DNA of 64,000 nt. Source: an uncultured Clostridium sp. (GTDB lineage: Bacteria > Bacillota > Clostridia > TANB77 > CAG-508). Below the pieces are notes generated by a model that did not search any database, was not told the DNA's origin, and saw only the letters and a list, made by a program, of their open reading frames with translations. The position numbers were made by a program, and so were the translations under genes. This document shows positions 19,819-29,263 of this stretch, piece by piece. Position 1 is the stretch's first letter, and the number at the start of each line of letters is the position of its first letter. The stretch is taken from the NCBI GenBank assembly GCA_948471115.1, contig CAOKRJ010000002.1:4805-68804 (forward strand). The letters are read 5' to 3'.

Positions 19819-21846
19819 ATGCTTATGAACAAAAATACTTACAGAGTTGGAATATATACAAGACTTTCAATAGATGACGGAACAAACGAAGAAAGTGTAA
19901 GTATTGACACACAAAAGAAAATATTAACAGAGTTTGTTGCTAAAAAAGGGTGGCAGATAGTAAAAATATATGTTGATGATGGTTATTCTGGAGGAAATTT
20001 TGAAAGACCAGATTTTAAACTAATGATACAAGATATTGAAAATAAAGAAATAGACTGTGTTGTTACAAAAGATTTATCAAGATTAGGAAGAAATTATATA
20101 GACTGTGGTTATTATTTAGAGATATATTTTCCAGAACACCAAGTAAGATATATTGCAGTAAATGATGGAGTAGATACAATAAGTAATTCATCAATGGACA
20201 TCACACCATTTAAAAATATATTGAATGAAATGTATGTAAAAGATATTTCAGTAAAAGTAAGTAGTGCAAAGAAAGCAAGATTACAAGACGGAAAGTATAT
20301 GACAACAATAGCTCCTATTGGTTATATGAAAGACCCACAAGATCATAATCACTTAATTATAGATGAAGAATATGCACCTACTGTAAAAAAGATATATGAA
20401 TTGTATAATAGTGGAAAAGGTACAAATTTTATTACAAACTATTTAGAGGACAATAAAATAATAAGACCGACAGAATATTGGTTAAGAAAAGGCTTAATGA
20501 AAAGTGTAGGAAAGAGAAATAAAAGCATTTATTACTGGAGCAATAAAACAATATTAGATATTTTATCTAACCCAGTATATAAAGGAGCAGTAGTAGGAAA
20601 TAAGACTAAAAAAGTTTCGCCTAAAAGCAAAAAGTTGATTAAAATACCAAAGGAGCAATGGACTGTTATAGAAGATATGCACGAGCCTATTGTTAGCAAA
20701 GAATTATTTGATAATGTGCAGAGAATAAGAGAAAATCATAAAATAATGTATCAGCACAAAATGAATGAAGAACGATATACAAATATATTCAGTAGAATTT
20801 TAAGATGTCCTTATGATAAAAGTATGACTTGCAGAAAGATAGACAATAGAGGAAATTCAGTAGATATTGAAAATAGAAAATATTGTTGTAGTGATAAATG
20901 CCCACATAGAACAAAAGACTGTAAAAATGTTTATATAAGAGCAGAAAAACTATACAATATTGTTTTAGAAGATATAAACAAATATGCAAATGACTTTTAT
21001 AATAATAAAGAAAACTATAATATTTTAGAGCAGAAATTGGAAGAACTAACAAATCAAAATACAAAAGTTTATGAGAATGAGAAAAACAAGTTGCAAAATA
21101 GACTAAACGAATTGAATCAGTTAATTACAGCTAGTTATGAAGATAAAGTATTTAAGAGAATAACAGAAGATACATTTATAATTATTATGAGTAAATACGA
21201 GAATGAACAAAAAGAAATAAAAGAAAAACTAGAGAATGTCATAAAAGAGTTAGAAACAACAAAACGAAATAATAATAATGCAATGAGTTTTAGTAAATTG
21301 TTAAAAGAATTTAAAGGAACAAGCGAATTGACAATAAGTACAATAGCAAATCTAATTGATAAAATAACTGTATTTCCTAGCGAAATTATTATAAATGAAA
21401 AAGGACAAAAAGAAAAAACACAAAAAGTTGAAATATGTTACAGATATGTAGGTTGTCTAATACCAACAACAATAAAGTTTGAAACAATAAATTATAAAAC
21501 AAGATATGCAGATAGAGTTTGCGAAAAATGTAATAAAACATTTACACCTACAACATCTACACAAAAATATTGTATAGACTGTAAAAATGAAGCTACAAAA
21601 TTAAGAAGAAAACAAAGATATAGAGAAAAAATCAAAGCACAGGGTGGAAATAAAGGGTACAAAGAAAGAACTTGTCAGCTATGTGGAAAAACTTATAAGC
21701 CAAATAGTTCGGGACAAAAATTTTGTAGTAATTGTAAAGAACAGGCTAGAGAGATATTAAAACACGAGTGGTATATTAAGAAAAAGGAAATAAGACAAGC
21801 TAAAAAGAAAGAAAAAGAAGATATGAAACAAAGACAGAGTGCATAA
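19819..21846 (+). CDS. Large serine recombinase (TnpX/TndX-like)
   Basis: YRVGIYTRLSIDDG has the catalytic Ser context, plus a resolvase and recombinase domain. The C-terminal coiled coil is followed by two CxxC..(Y/F)CxxC zinc ribbons. It abuts the right end of the nested element. Confidence 0.85.
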   Translation: MLMNKNTYRVGIYTRLSIDDGTNEESVSIDTQKKILTEFVAKKGWQIVKIYVDDGYSGGNFERPDFKLMIQDIENKEIDCVVTKDLSRLGRNYIDCGYYLEIYFPEHQVRYIAVNDGVDTISNSSMDITPFKNILNEMYVKDISVKVSSAKKARLQDGKYMTTIAPIGYMKDPQDHNHLIIDEEYAPTVKKIYELYNSGKGTNFITNYLEDNKIIRPTEYWLRKGLMKSVGKRNKSIYYWSNKTILDILSNPVYKGAVVGNKTKKVSPKSKKLIKIPKEQWTVIEDMHEPIVSKELFDNVQRIRENHKIMYQHKMNEERYTNIFSRILRCPYDKSMTCRKIDNRGNSVDIENRKYCCSDKCPHRTKDCKNVYIRAEKLYNIVLEDINKYANDFYNNKENYNILEQKLEELTNQNTKVYENEKNKLQNRLNELNQLITASYEDKVFKRITEDTFIIIMSKYENEQKEIKEKLENVIKELETTKRNNNNAMSFSKLLKEFKGTSELTISTIANLIDKITVFPSEIIINEKGQKEKTQKVEICYRYVGCLIPTTIKFETINYKTRYADRVCEKCNKTFTPTTSTQKYCIDCKNEATKLRRKQRYREKIKAQGGNKGYKERTCQLCGKTYKPNSSGQKFCSNCKEQAREILKHEWYIKKKEIRQAKKKEKEDMKQRQSA

Positions 21847-21914
21847 AAACACTTATTTTTTATAACTTGAAATTGTCGTTTCGGTGCATACTTTTGAACA
21901 CAGCAAGGGAACTA

Positions 21915-23606
21915 GCACCAGAAGGAACAGGATACAGATCAAAAACGAGATTTTCAAAATTTTATAATCTTCCAGAACTGATGTCTATGTTTAAAGAAAT
22001 AGCAGATATTCAAACAGCAGATACATTAAATCTACCAGTACCAAAAGTAAATGCTTACACAATAGATGTTGATGCAAGTGATATACAAAAGGGTATGGTA
22101 CAAGACTTAGCAAAAAGAGCAGAAAGAATTAGAAAGAAGCAAGTTAATTCAAAAACAGATAATATGCTTAGAATAACAAATGAAGGACGAAAGCTTGCAC
22201 TAGACCAAAGAATAATAAATGATATGCTACCAGATTATGAAAATGGAAAAGTAAATGTGTGTGCTAATAATATATATAAGATATGGGAAAAAACTAAGGA
22301 TAAAAAGTCAACACAGCTAGTGTTTTGTGATTTATCAACTCCCAAGAGTTTAGGTACAGAAGATAATCCATATGAAATGGAATTTTTAAATGGAGAGTGG
22401 TATTTAAAAGATAGACCATTTACGGATGTTTATACTGACTTAAAGAGAAAACTAATATCTAAAGGAATACCAGAAGATGAGATAGCTTTTATACATGACG
22501 CTACAACAGAAACAAAAAAGAAGGAACTATTTGCAAAGGTTAAGAGTGGAAATATAAGGGTTTTGATGGGTTCAACCTCTAAAATGGGAGCAGGTACAAA
22601 CGTACAAAATAAAATTAAAGCAATACACCATTTAGATGTACCATGGAGACCTAGTGATTTACAACAACGAAATGGTCGTGGAGTTCGTCAAGGAAATGAA
22701 AATGAAGAAATAGATATTTACACTTATGTTACAAAAGGAACATTTGATGCTTATTCTTATCAAACAGTAGAAAGAAAACAGAGAGGTGTATCACAAATAA
22801 TGACCTCAAAAGTAATATCACGTTCTGAGGAAGATATTGATGAAAAAGCACTTTCTTATGCTGAAATAAAGGCACTTGCTACTGGAAATCCATTGATAAT
22901 TGAAAAAGCAGAATTAGAAGAACAGAGTTCTAAGTTAAAAATATTAAAACAAAGTTATTTAAGTGAAATTTATAGACTTGAAGACGCAATAGTAAAATTT
23001 TATCCAGTAGAAATAAAGAACAATGAAGAATTAATTAGTAATATGCAAAAAGATTTGGAACTGGTTAAAGAAAATACAGAACTTAATAATGAGGACAAGT
23101 TTTCTCCTATAATTTTAAAAGGAAAACAATATGTAAAAAAAGAAGATGCAGGAAAAATGATACTTGAAATATGTAAAAGTAAGGAAAATAAAGAAATAGA
23201 AGAAATAGGTAAATATAGAGGGTTAAAAATGGAACTTGAAATTGTAGCAGGAGATTATATTTTAGCTTTAAAAGGAGAATCTGCATATAGTATAAAATTA
23301 GGAAAAGATGTCTTTGGAAATATAACGAGAATGGATAATGCTATTACTGATATAGAGAAAAAATTGAATAATACTAATAATGATCTAGAAAATTTAAAAC
23401 AGCAATTTGAAAATGCAAAAATACAAGTAAAAGTACCATTTGACAAAGAAAGAGAGTTACAAGAAAAAATTATACGATTGAATGAAGTAAATAAAGAACT
23501 TGAGATCAAGGACAATGAACACGAAATGGTAGATGATGAAATAGAGGAACAGGAAGATTATATTCCAGAAAAAGATAATAGAAGCTATGAATTAGAGGCA
23601 AGATAA
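21915..23606 (+). CDS. Giant methyltransferase/helicase protein, 3' part (SNF2 helicase C-terminal domain)
   Basis: APEGTGYRSKTRF.. continues the 12922 frame. The helicase C motif STSKMGAGTNVQ..H.LD.PWRPSDLQQRNGRG.RQGN is present. The tracked ORF start at 21867 lies in element-end sequence. Confidence 0.8.
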   Translation, partial: APEGTGYRSKTRFSKFYNLPELMSMFKEIADIQTADTLNLPVPKVNAYTIDVDASDIQKGMVQDLAKRAERIRKKQVNSKTDNMLRITNEGRKLALDQRIINDMLPDYENGKVNVCANNIYKIWEKTKDKKSTQLVFCDLSTPKSLGTEDNPYEMEFLNGEWYLKDRPFTDVYTDLKRKLISKGIPEDEIAFIHDATTETKKKELFAKVKSGNIRVLMGSTSKMGAGTNVQNKIKAIHHLDVPWRPSDLQQRNGRGVRQGNENEEIDIYTYVTKGTFDAYSYQTVERKQRGVSQIMTSKVISRSEEDIDEKALSYAEIKALATGNPLIIEKAELEEQSSKLKILKQSYLSEIYRLEDAIVKFYPVEIKNNEELISNMQKDLELVKENTELNNEDKFSPIILKGKQYVKKEDAGKMILEICKSKENKEIEEIGKYRGLKMELEIVAGDYILALKGESAYSIKLGKDVFGNITRMDNAITDIEKKLNNTNNDLENLKQQFENAKIQVKVPFDKERELQEKIIRLNEVNKELEIKDNEHEMVDDEIEEQEDYIPEKDNRSYELEAR

Positions 23607-23615
23607 AAAGTTTAA

Positions 23616-23644
23616 TTGACATAAATAAAAATAAATAGTATAAT
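23616..23644 (+). promoter_or_regulatory. Consensus sigma-A promoter ahead of the transfer-gene block
   Basis: TTGACA-N17-TATAAT exactly. Confidence 0.6.
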
Positions 23645-23680
23645 TATTTTAGTTAATAGAAAATTTAAAGGAGATTTAAT

Positions 23681-24040
23681 ATGGAAATAAAGACAAAGAA
23701 GATGATTAATACTATTATTTTTTCTATAATAGGATGTATAGCATTTGGTTGTGCAATTCATGAAGGTATTGGCTATCAAATAAATAATGAAGGTAGTGAT
23801 ATATGGTATAGACATGCACCTCTTGACAAAATTAAAGCATACCGTGAAAAACTTGGAATACAATTTCGTGATTCAGGAATTAATAATTTAAGTGATCAGA
23901 AATACTCTCAGCTAGAGAGAGAGATGCGTAAAGCAGATAATGTTATAAGTGCTAGGGAGAATGCCATATATGAAAGAGAACATCCAAACGCTCAACCAGT
24001 ATATCACAGCAACGGATACTATTTAGAAAGTGATGATTAA
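23681..24040 (+). CDS. Hypothetical small membrane protein
   Basis: Has an N-terminal TM helix and RBS AAAGGAG. Confidence 0.5.
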   Translation: MEIKTKKMINTIIFSIIGCIAFGCAIHEGIGYQINNEGSDIWYRHAPLDKIKAYREKLGIQFRDSGINNLSDQKYSQLEREMRKADNVISARENAIYEREHPNAQPVYHSNGYYLESDD

Positions 24041-24177
24041 GTCTAGTTATTTAATTAAATATGAAAGTAAGAAAGAAGTAGATAAAAATATTTACTTCTT
24101 TTTTATTGGAAAGGTAGGAAAAATCAAATGGAAACAATAAAAGAAATGAAAAAAATCAAGAGAAAGTAGATGATATT

Positions 24178-25152
24178 ATGGGATTTGTTGCTCCAGAAAT
24201 TGTCAAAGAAATAAAGAAAATGGACTTAATAACATACTTTCAAATGTGCGAACCTGACGAATTAGTAAAGGACTGTAGGACACAATATTCAACAAAAACT
24301 CATTCAAGTTTGAAAATGTCAAATGGATATTGGCACTATATGAATGGAAGAATAGGAGGCAGAAATGCTGTTGATTATGTAGAAAGAATGTTAGGATATA
24401 AGTTCCCAGAATCAGTTGAATATATACTTGAGAGATTAAACGGAAAAAAACCGATTTGTGTTCCTCAAGAAGAAAAAAAGAAGATACAAAATTTAATTTT
24501 ACCAGATAAAAATACAAATGAAAATCAAATAATAAGTTATCTAAAATCACGAGGAATTGATGAAGAAATAATACAAAAATGTATTCAAAAACATCTAATA
24601 TATGAGGAAAAATATTATCACAATGTAGTATTTGTAGGTTATGATGAAATGGGAAATGCAAAATATGCAGGGGTAAGAGCAACAAACGAAAGCAAGTTTA
24701 AAAATGATGCAACAGGTAGCAGTAAACAATATTCTTTTAGACTAGAAAGTAAGATAAAATCTAATGAAATATATGTATTTGAAAGTAGCATTGATGCATT
24801 ATCATTCGCTACTTTTTTTAAGTTGTATGGAATAAATTGGGAAGAAAAAAACATGCTTTCACTTGCTGGAGTTTATCAACCTGCAGGTCAGATGTCAGCA
24901 AGTAAAGTTCCTATTGCTTTGCAAAATTATTTAGAAAAGCACACAGAAATAACAAAAATATATTTATGTTTAGATAATGATGAAGCAGGTAGAAAAGCAA
25001 CAAAAGCGTTGCAAATGGTTATACCAAACAGATATGAAGTGATAGACAGACCTGCTAAAAAAGGAAAAGACTATAACGATTATTTGTGTATATCACTAGG
25101 TATAAAAAGAGAAGAAAGAAAGAAAAAAATTGAAATAGGAAGGATAAGATAA
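24178..25152 (+). CDS. DUF3991/Toprim-domain protein
   Basis: The N-terminal block is ..YFQ..PDELV...HSSLKMSNGYW...GGRNAVDYV. The C-terminal Toprim-like block is YLCLDNDEAGRKAT ... GKDYNDYL. Confidence 0.65.
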   Translation: MGFVAPEIVKEIKKMDLITYFQMCEPDELVKDCRTQYSTKTHSSLKMSNGYWHYMNGRIGGRNAVDYVERMLGYKFPESVEYILERLNGKKPICVPQEEKKKIQNLILPDKNTNENQIISYLKSRGIDEEIIQKCIQKHLIYEEKYYHNVVFVGYDEMGNAKYAGVRATNESKFKNDATGSSKQYSFRLESKIKSNEIYVFESSIDALSFATFFKLYGINWEEKNMLSLAGVYQPAGQMSASKVPIALQNYLEKHTEITKIYLCLDNDEAGRKATKALQMVIPNRYEVIDRPAKKGKDYNDYLCISLGIKREERKKKIEIGRIR

Positions 25153-25154
25153 AT

Positions 25155-25535
25155 ATGAAAAAATATGAATTTACAATTAGAAAAGTATTAGAAAAAAATA
25201 TAGAAATCGAAGGTGAAAATAAGAAACAAGCCTTTGAAAAAGTAATAAAGTTATTAGCACTAGGAGAAAAAATTATATTCAAAAACATAGATAAAAATAA
25301 CGAGGTTTATGAAATAAAAATGAATAAAATTTTAAATGAAAATCACATCGAAAAGGAGAAAGATATTGAAAAAATTATAAATAAAATCATGCAAAAAGTG
25401 GAACTAAACTTAGAAGAAAATAGCGAAAGTTTTAATGAAAATAACGAAGAAATTGAGGACAATTTAATAGTAGATACAGACGAAATAACATGTCAGAAAT
25501 GTGGAAATCATATCTCGCTAGAAAAATTTTTATAG
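25155..25535 (+). CDS. Hypothetical acidic protein
   Basis: A 126-aa ORF translationally coupled to the upstream gene. Confidence 0.45.
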   Translation: MKKYEFTIRKVLEKNIEIEGENKKQAFEKVIKLLALGEKIIFKNIDKNNEVYEIKMNKILNENHIEKEKDIEKIINKIMQKVELNLEENSESFNENNEEIEDNLIVDTDEITCQKCGNHISLEKFL

Positions 25536-25549
25536 TCCTAACAAGCAAC

Positions 25550-25598
25550 ACATTTGTATATACACAAATGTAAATATGGGGTTTACACCCCAATCCCC
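25550..25598 (+). promoter_or_regulatory. oriT-like region of the ICE
   Basis: Palindrome ACATTTGTatatACACAAATGT and hairpin TGGGGTttaCACCCCA followed by ATCCCC, just upstream of MobC/relaxase. Resembles 15221-15245. Confidence 0.45.
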
Positions 25599-25612
25599 AA
25601 TAAGAATAAGGA

Positions 25613-25942
25613 GTGAAAAATTTGAAAGAAGATCCAAGAGATATTATTGTACCAATTAGAATGAATTTTTTAGAAAAAGAAAAAATAAAAAAACGAGCCA
25701 ATAAAACAGGAAAAAATTTATCAAGTTTTATTAGAGAATCAGCTTTAGGTTGTGAAATAAAGCAAAAGCCAGATAAAATATTTTATGATGTAACAACAAG
25801 AGAAATGGGAAAATTTATGAGAACCTTATCAGAACTTGAAAGATTACTTTATCACAGAAATTTTATTGATGAAAGAATATTAAAAAATGAAATTGCAGAA
25901 TGGAGAAAATTCAGAACACAAATAAGAGATAGATATTTGTGA
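25613..25942 (+). CDS. MobC-like relaxosome accessory protein
   Basis: PIRMNFLEKEKIKKRANKTGKNLSSFIRESAL follows the MobC RHH pattern. Confidence 0.7.
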   Translation: MKNLKEDPRDIIVPIRMNFLEKEKIKKRANKTGKNLSSFIRESALGCEIKQKPDKIFYDVTTREMGKFMRTLSELERLLYHRNFIDERILKNEIAEWRKFRTQIRDRYL

Positions 25943-25949
25943 GGTTATC

Positions 25950-27317
25950 ATGGCAACTACACGTATATGGAAGATAGAAAATAGAATAGATAAAGTAATA
26001 AGTTATACCATTAATCCAGAGAAAACAGAAAATCAAAATTATGAGAAAGAATTGTATAAGAGTTTGCACAATACAATAGAGTATGCAAAGGCAGATTATA
26101 AAACAGAAAAACAATTCTATGTTACTGGAATAAATTGCATAGCAGAGACCGTATTGCAAGATATGATACAAACTAAGAAACACTTTGGAAAAACAAAAGG
26201 AATATTAGCTTTTCACGGCTATCAATCATTTGCAAAAGGAGAGGTAACGGCAAAACAAGCACATGAAATAGGAGTAAAACTTGCAGAAGAAATTTGGGGA
26301 GATAAATATGAAGTATTAGTTTCTACACATCTTAATACAAACTGTTATCATAATCATATAGTGTTAAATTCTGTTTCTTTTGTAGATGGAAAAGTTTATA
26401 CAAATACAGTCGAACATTATGCTTTAATTAGAAAAACATCAGATGACTTATGTAGAGAATATGGACTAAGTGTAATAGAAGAAAAGCCATGTGGAAAATT
26501 AAAAATAGATTATACAAAATTCTATAATTCATATATTCAAAAATCAGATTATTATACTGATACAAAAGATGATGTAGACTATGCAATTTCACAAAGTTAT
26601 TCGTATGATAATTTCAAAAAACTTTTAGAAGATATGGGGTATAAAGTTACAATAAGAGCAAACAAAATAAGTCTATGTAGACCTCCATATAAAAGAAATA
26701 TAAGAATTGAAAGAAGTTTTGGAGAAGAATATAGCATAATTAATATAGAAGAAAGAATACTAAATGCACAAATTCCAAAAGTATTTTTCCCAGAAATTAG
26801 AACACAGAACAGAAGATATTATAGAAGAAATAAATATAATAAAAAATTGAACAATAGTAGAGGAAGTTTATATAAATTATATCTATACTATTGTTATTTG
26901 ATTAAAAAATTTCCAGATAATAGAAATAAGGTAAAAATATCAACGAATATGAGGAAAGATATAAAAAAAATGGAGATTATATCAAGCGAAATTAAGTTCC
27001 TTCGTAGTCATCATATAGAAACTACGAAGGAACTTTTTTCATTTAAAGAACAAACTATTGATAAATTAAAGAAATATTTACACGAAAGAGCAAAACTAAG
27101 AAGAAAAAGGACGAAAATTACAGATGTACAAGAAAGAAAAGAATTATGTGATAAAATTTTGAATTTATCAGATTGCATTGGCAAAATAAACAAGGAGTTA
27201 GGATACTGTCAAGACATAGAAAATAGAATGCTAACGATAAAAGAAAATATAAACGAACTAGAAGAAAAAGACAAAAGTAAAGATGATAAACAAAAAGGAA
27301 AGGAGAAAATAAAGTGA
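25950..27317 (+). CDS. Relaxase/mobilisation nuclease
   Basis: MATTRIWKI.., HLNTNCYHNHIVLNSV histidine triad. It is a paralogue of 15572-16951. Confidence 0.8.
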   Translation: MATTRIWKIENRIDKVISYTINPEKTENQNYEKELYKSLHNTIEYAKADYKTEKQFYVTGINCIAETVLQDMIQTKKHFGKTKGILAFHGYQSFAKGEVTAKQAHEIGVKLAEEIWGDKYEVLVSTHLNTNCYHNHIVLNSVSFVDGKVYTNTVEHYALIRKTSDDLCREYGLSVIEEKPCGKLKIDYTKFYNSYIQKSDYYTDTKDDVDYAISQSYSYDNFKKLLEDMGYKVTIRANKISLCRPPYKRNIRIERSFGEEYSIINIEERILNAQIPKVFFPEIRTQNRRYYRRNKYNKKLNNSRGSLYKLYLYYCYLIKKFPDNRNKVKISTNMRKDIKKMEIISSEIKFLRSHHIETTKELFSFKEQTIDKLKKYLHERAKLRRKRTKITDVQERKELCDKILNLSDCIGKINKELGYCQDIENRMLTIKENINELEEKDKSKDDKQKGKEKIK

Positions 27318-28180
27318 ACTCATCAGATTCAGCAGAAGAACTTATTAAAATTTATTTAGACGGGATAAGTTTTACATTAAAAATTGCAGGGGAAGGCTCA
27401 AAAAATCTTATAGCTTTTCTAATGGCAATGCAAAAAGAAAAAGTACAAATAAAAGGTAAAACACGTTTGACGAATATGCTAAAGACAGGAAAACAACTAA
27501 AAATATTTACAATAAAAGCAGAAGATTTAAAGAAATTTTCACAAGAGGCAAAAAAGTATGGAATATTGTATTGCGTTTTAGCAAATAAGAAAAATGAAAA
27601 AATTGACGGCTTGGTAGATGTAATGGTAAGAGAAGAAGATGCATCAAAGGTAAATCGTATAGCAGAAAGGTTTAAATTTGCAGATGTTGCTACTATAAAA
27701 AAAGAAATGGAGAAAGAAGAAAAAGCAAAAGTAGAACAATTAAGTAAAAAAAGCAAAGATGAACAAATGTTAGACGAGTTATTTGCAGAGCCACCAAAAG
27801 AGGAAAAGGAACAGACACCCAGTAATGAACAGTCGGAAGAAAAGAGTCAGTCAGAGCATTCCTTAAATACCAAGAAGAACTTAGAAGAAAACAGGGTAAA
27901 TAATAGTAGAAGGTCTGTAAAAAAAGAATTGAGGGACATTGAAAAAGAACTAAAACAAAAAGAAAAATTAGAGCAAAAAGAAGAACTATTTACAGATAAG
28001 AATGAAAATGCAGTAGAAACTAATACACCTAAACATTTAAAGACTAAAGAAGTAAAAAAGGAAGAACAAATGCAAGAAAACAATAAAGCAAAGCACTTAA
28101 AAGAGCCAAAGCATTTTGAACAACAAAATCATAATAGTAAGAGAAGAAAAAGGAATAAAAGAAAGGGGCAAACCAAATGA
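27314..28180 (+). CDS. PcfB/DUF3801-family protein
   Basis: The N-terminal block is ..LIKIYLDGISFTLKIAGEGSKNLIAFLMAM..KGKTRL..ML, followed by a KE-rich tail. Confidence 0.6.
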   Translation: MNSSDSAEELIKIYLDGISFTLKIAGEGSKNLIAFLMAMQKEKVQIKGKTRLTNMLKTGKQLKIFTIKAEDLKKFSQEAKKYGILYCVLANKKNEKIDGLVDVMVREEDASKVNRIAERFKFADVATIKKEMEKEEKAKVEQLSKKSKDEQMLDELFAEPPKEEKEQTPSNEQSEEKSQSEHSLNTKKNLEENRVNNSRRSVKKELRDIEKELKQKEKLEQKEELFTDKNENAVETNTPKHLKTKEVKKEEQMQENNKAKHLKEPKHFEQQNHNSKRRKRNKRKGQTK

Positions 28181-29058
28181 ACGAAAAAACAAAAATAAAC
28201 AATGACCTAAATGATATATTTGAACAAGGCAAAAGTAAAAACAATAATTATAATAATCAAAATAAATGGAAAGAACAAAATGAAAAAAGAAAAGAGTTAT
28301 ACAAAAAAATTACTGATGCATCTTTTAATATAGTTAAAGACAGCAATTTGTTTAAAGAATATTTGAACGTATTGAGTAGATTTTATAAGTATTCTGTTGG
28401 TAATTGTATGCTTATTCTTGAATCAGAGCCTAATGCAAAGCAAATAAAATCAGAGCAGGACTGGATAGACAAGGGATATGATAAATTAGAAGGAGCAAAA
28501 GCAATTATAATATTAGAACCTAATAAGTCAAATGGAAAGATATATTATAATCCAAAAGAAGAATACGATATTTCACAAACAAATGCACCTATACCAAAAG
28601 AAAAAAATTATACAGCAAGAGAAATAACATCAGCATTATTTACTATGTGTAAAGCTGAAAGAGAGGTAGTTGATATTTTACCAAATGGAGAGAAAGGATC
28701 ACAATATGTGGAAAGTGAAAACAAGCTATATATATGTAAAGGGTTAAAACCAGAATATGTAGCAAAAACTGTCATCCAAGAATTTCTAAAAAGTGAAATG
28801 CAAGGTATGGAACAAAGTGAGATGAACGAGTTTAAGACATATTGTATTTCATATATGATGTGCAGAAAATATGGAATAGATGTAACTGGATTTGAATTTA
28901 CAGAATTGCCACAAGAATTAGTTAATCAAAAGGATAGTAAAAATATAAGACAAGAGCTAGAAGGAATAAGACAAGACTTTGAAACCCTTAGTACAAAGGT
29001 TAATGAATATTTTATACAAGAGGAAAAAATCAAAAAAAATAAAGAACAAGGAAGGTAG
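28177..29058 (+). CDS. Hypothetical protein with ArdC-like ssDNA-binding N-terminal signature
   Basis: The YSVGNCMLILESEPNAKQIKSEQDWIDKGY..GAKAIIILEP pattern resembles the ArdC N domain. This is a weak call. Confidence 0.4.
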   Translation: MNEKTKINNDLNDIFEQGKSKNNNYNNQNKWKEQNEKRKELYKKITDASFNIVKDSNLFKEYLNVLSRFYKYSVGNCMLILESEPNAKQIKSEQDWIDKGYDKLEGAKAIIILEPNKSNGKIYYNPKEEYDISQTNAPIPKEKNYTAREITSALFTMCKAEREVVDILPNGEKGSQYVESENKLYICKGLKPEYVAKTVIQEFLKSEMQGMEQSEMNEFKTYCISYMMCRKYGIDVTGFEFTELPQELVNQKDSKNIRQELEGIRQDFETLSTKVNEYFIQEEKIKKNKEQGR

Positions 29059-29065
29059 CCTATAA

Positions 29066-29263
29066 ATGAAGGATGATAGAGTATTAATTTTAGATAAATA
29101 TGATTATGGAGAAGTATTGAGCATTATAAATGATAAAAGAAACGAATTAATAGGTAAGAAGGAAGATACTAGAGAAATAAACGAATTATTTGAAAAAGTT
29201 GTAAATGCCCCAACAAAGAAAAAAAGTAAACTAAGACGAGAAAGGTCAGCATGTGAACGATAA
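29066..29263 (+). CDS. Hypothetical small protein
   Basis: A 65-aa ORF overlapping the T4CP start. Confidence 0.4.
   Translation: MKDDRVLILDKYDYGEVLSIINDKRNELIGKKEDTREINELFEKVVNAPTKKKSKLRRERSACER

Larger units (their letters stand above)
12923..21914. mobile_element. Nested ~9 kb Tn4451-like mobilisable transposon inserted in the ICE helicase gene
   Basis: A 7-bp GGAACTA is shared at both junctions (12916-12922 and 21908-21914). Removing 8992 bp restores ..GETVTALEL APEGTGYRSKTRF.. in frame. It carries TnpV, MobC, a relaxase and a terminal large serine recombinase. Confidence 0.8.

Noticed and set aside
21867-21914. The N-terminal extension MKLSFRCILLNTAREL of ORF 21867-23606 as a genuine start.
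   Set aside because: This stretch is the right end of the nested element and contains its TTCGGT end motif. Helicase homology begins only at APEG (21915) and continues the 12922 frame.
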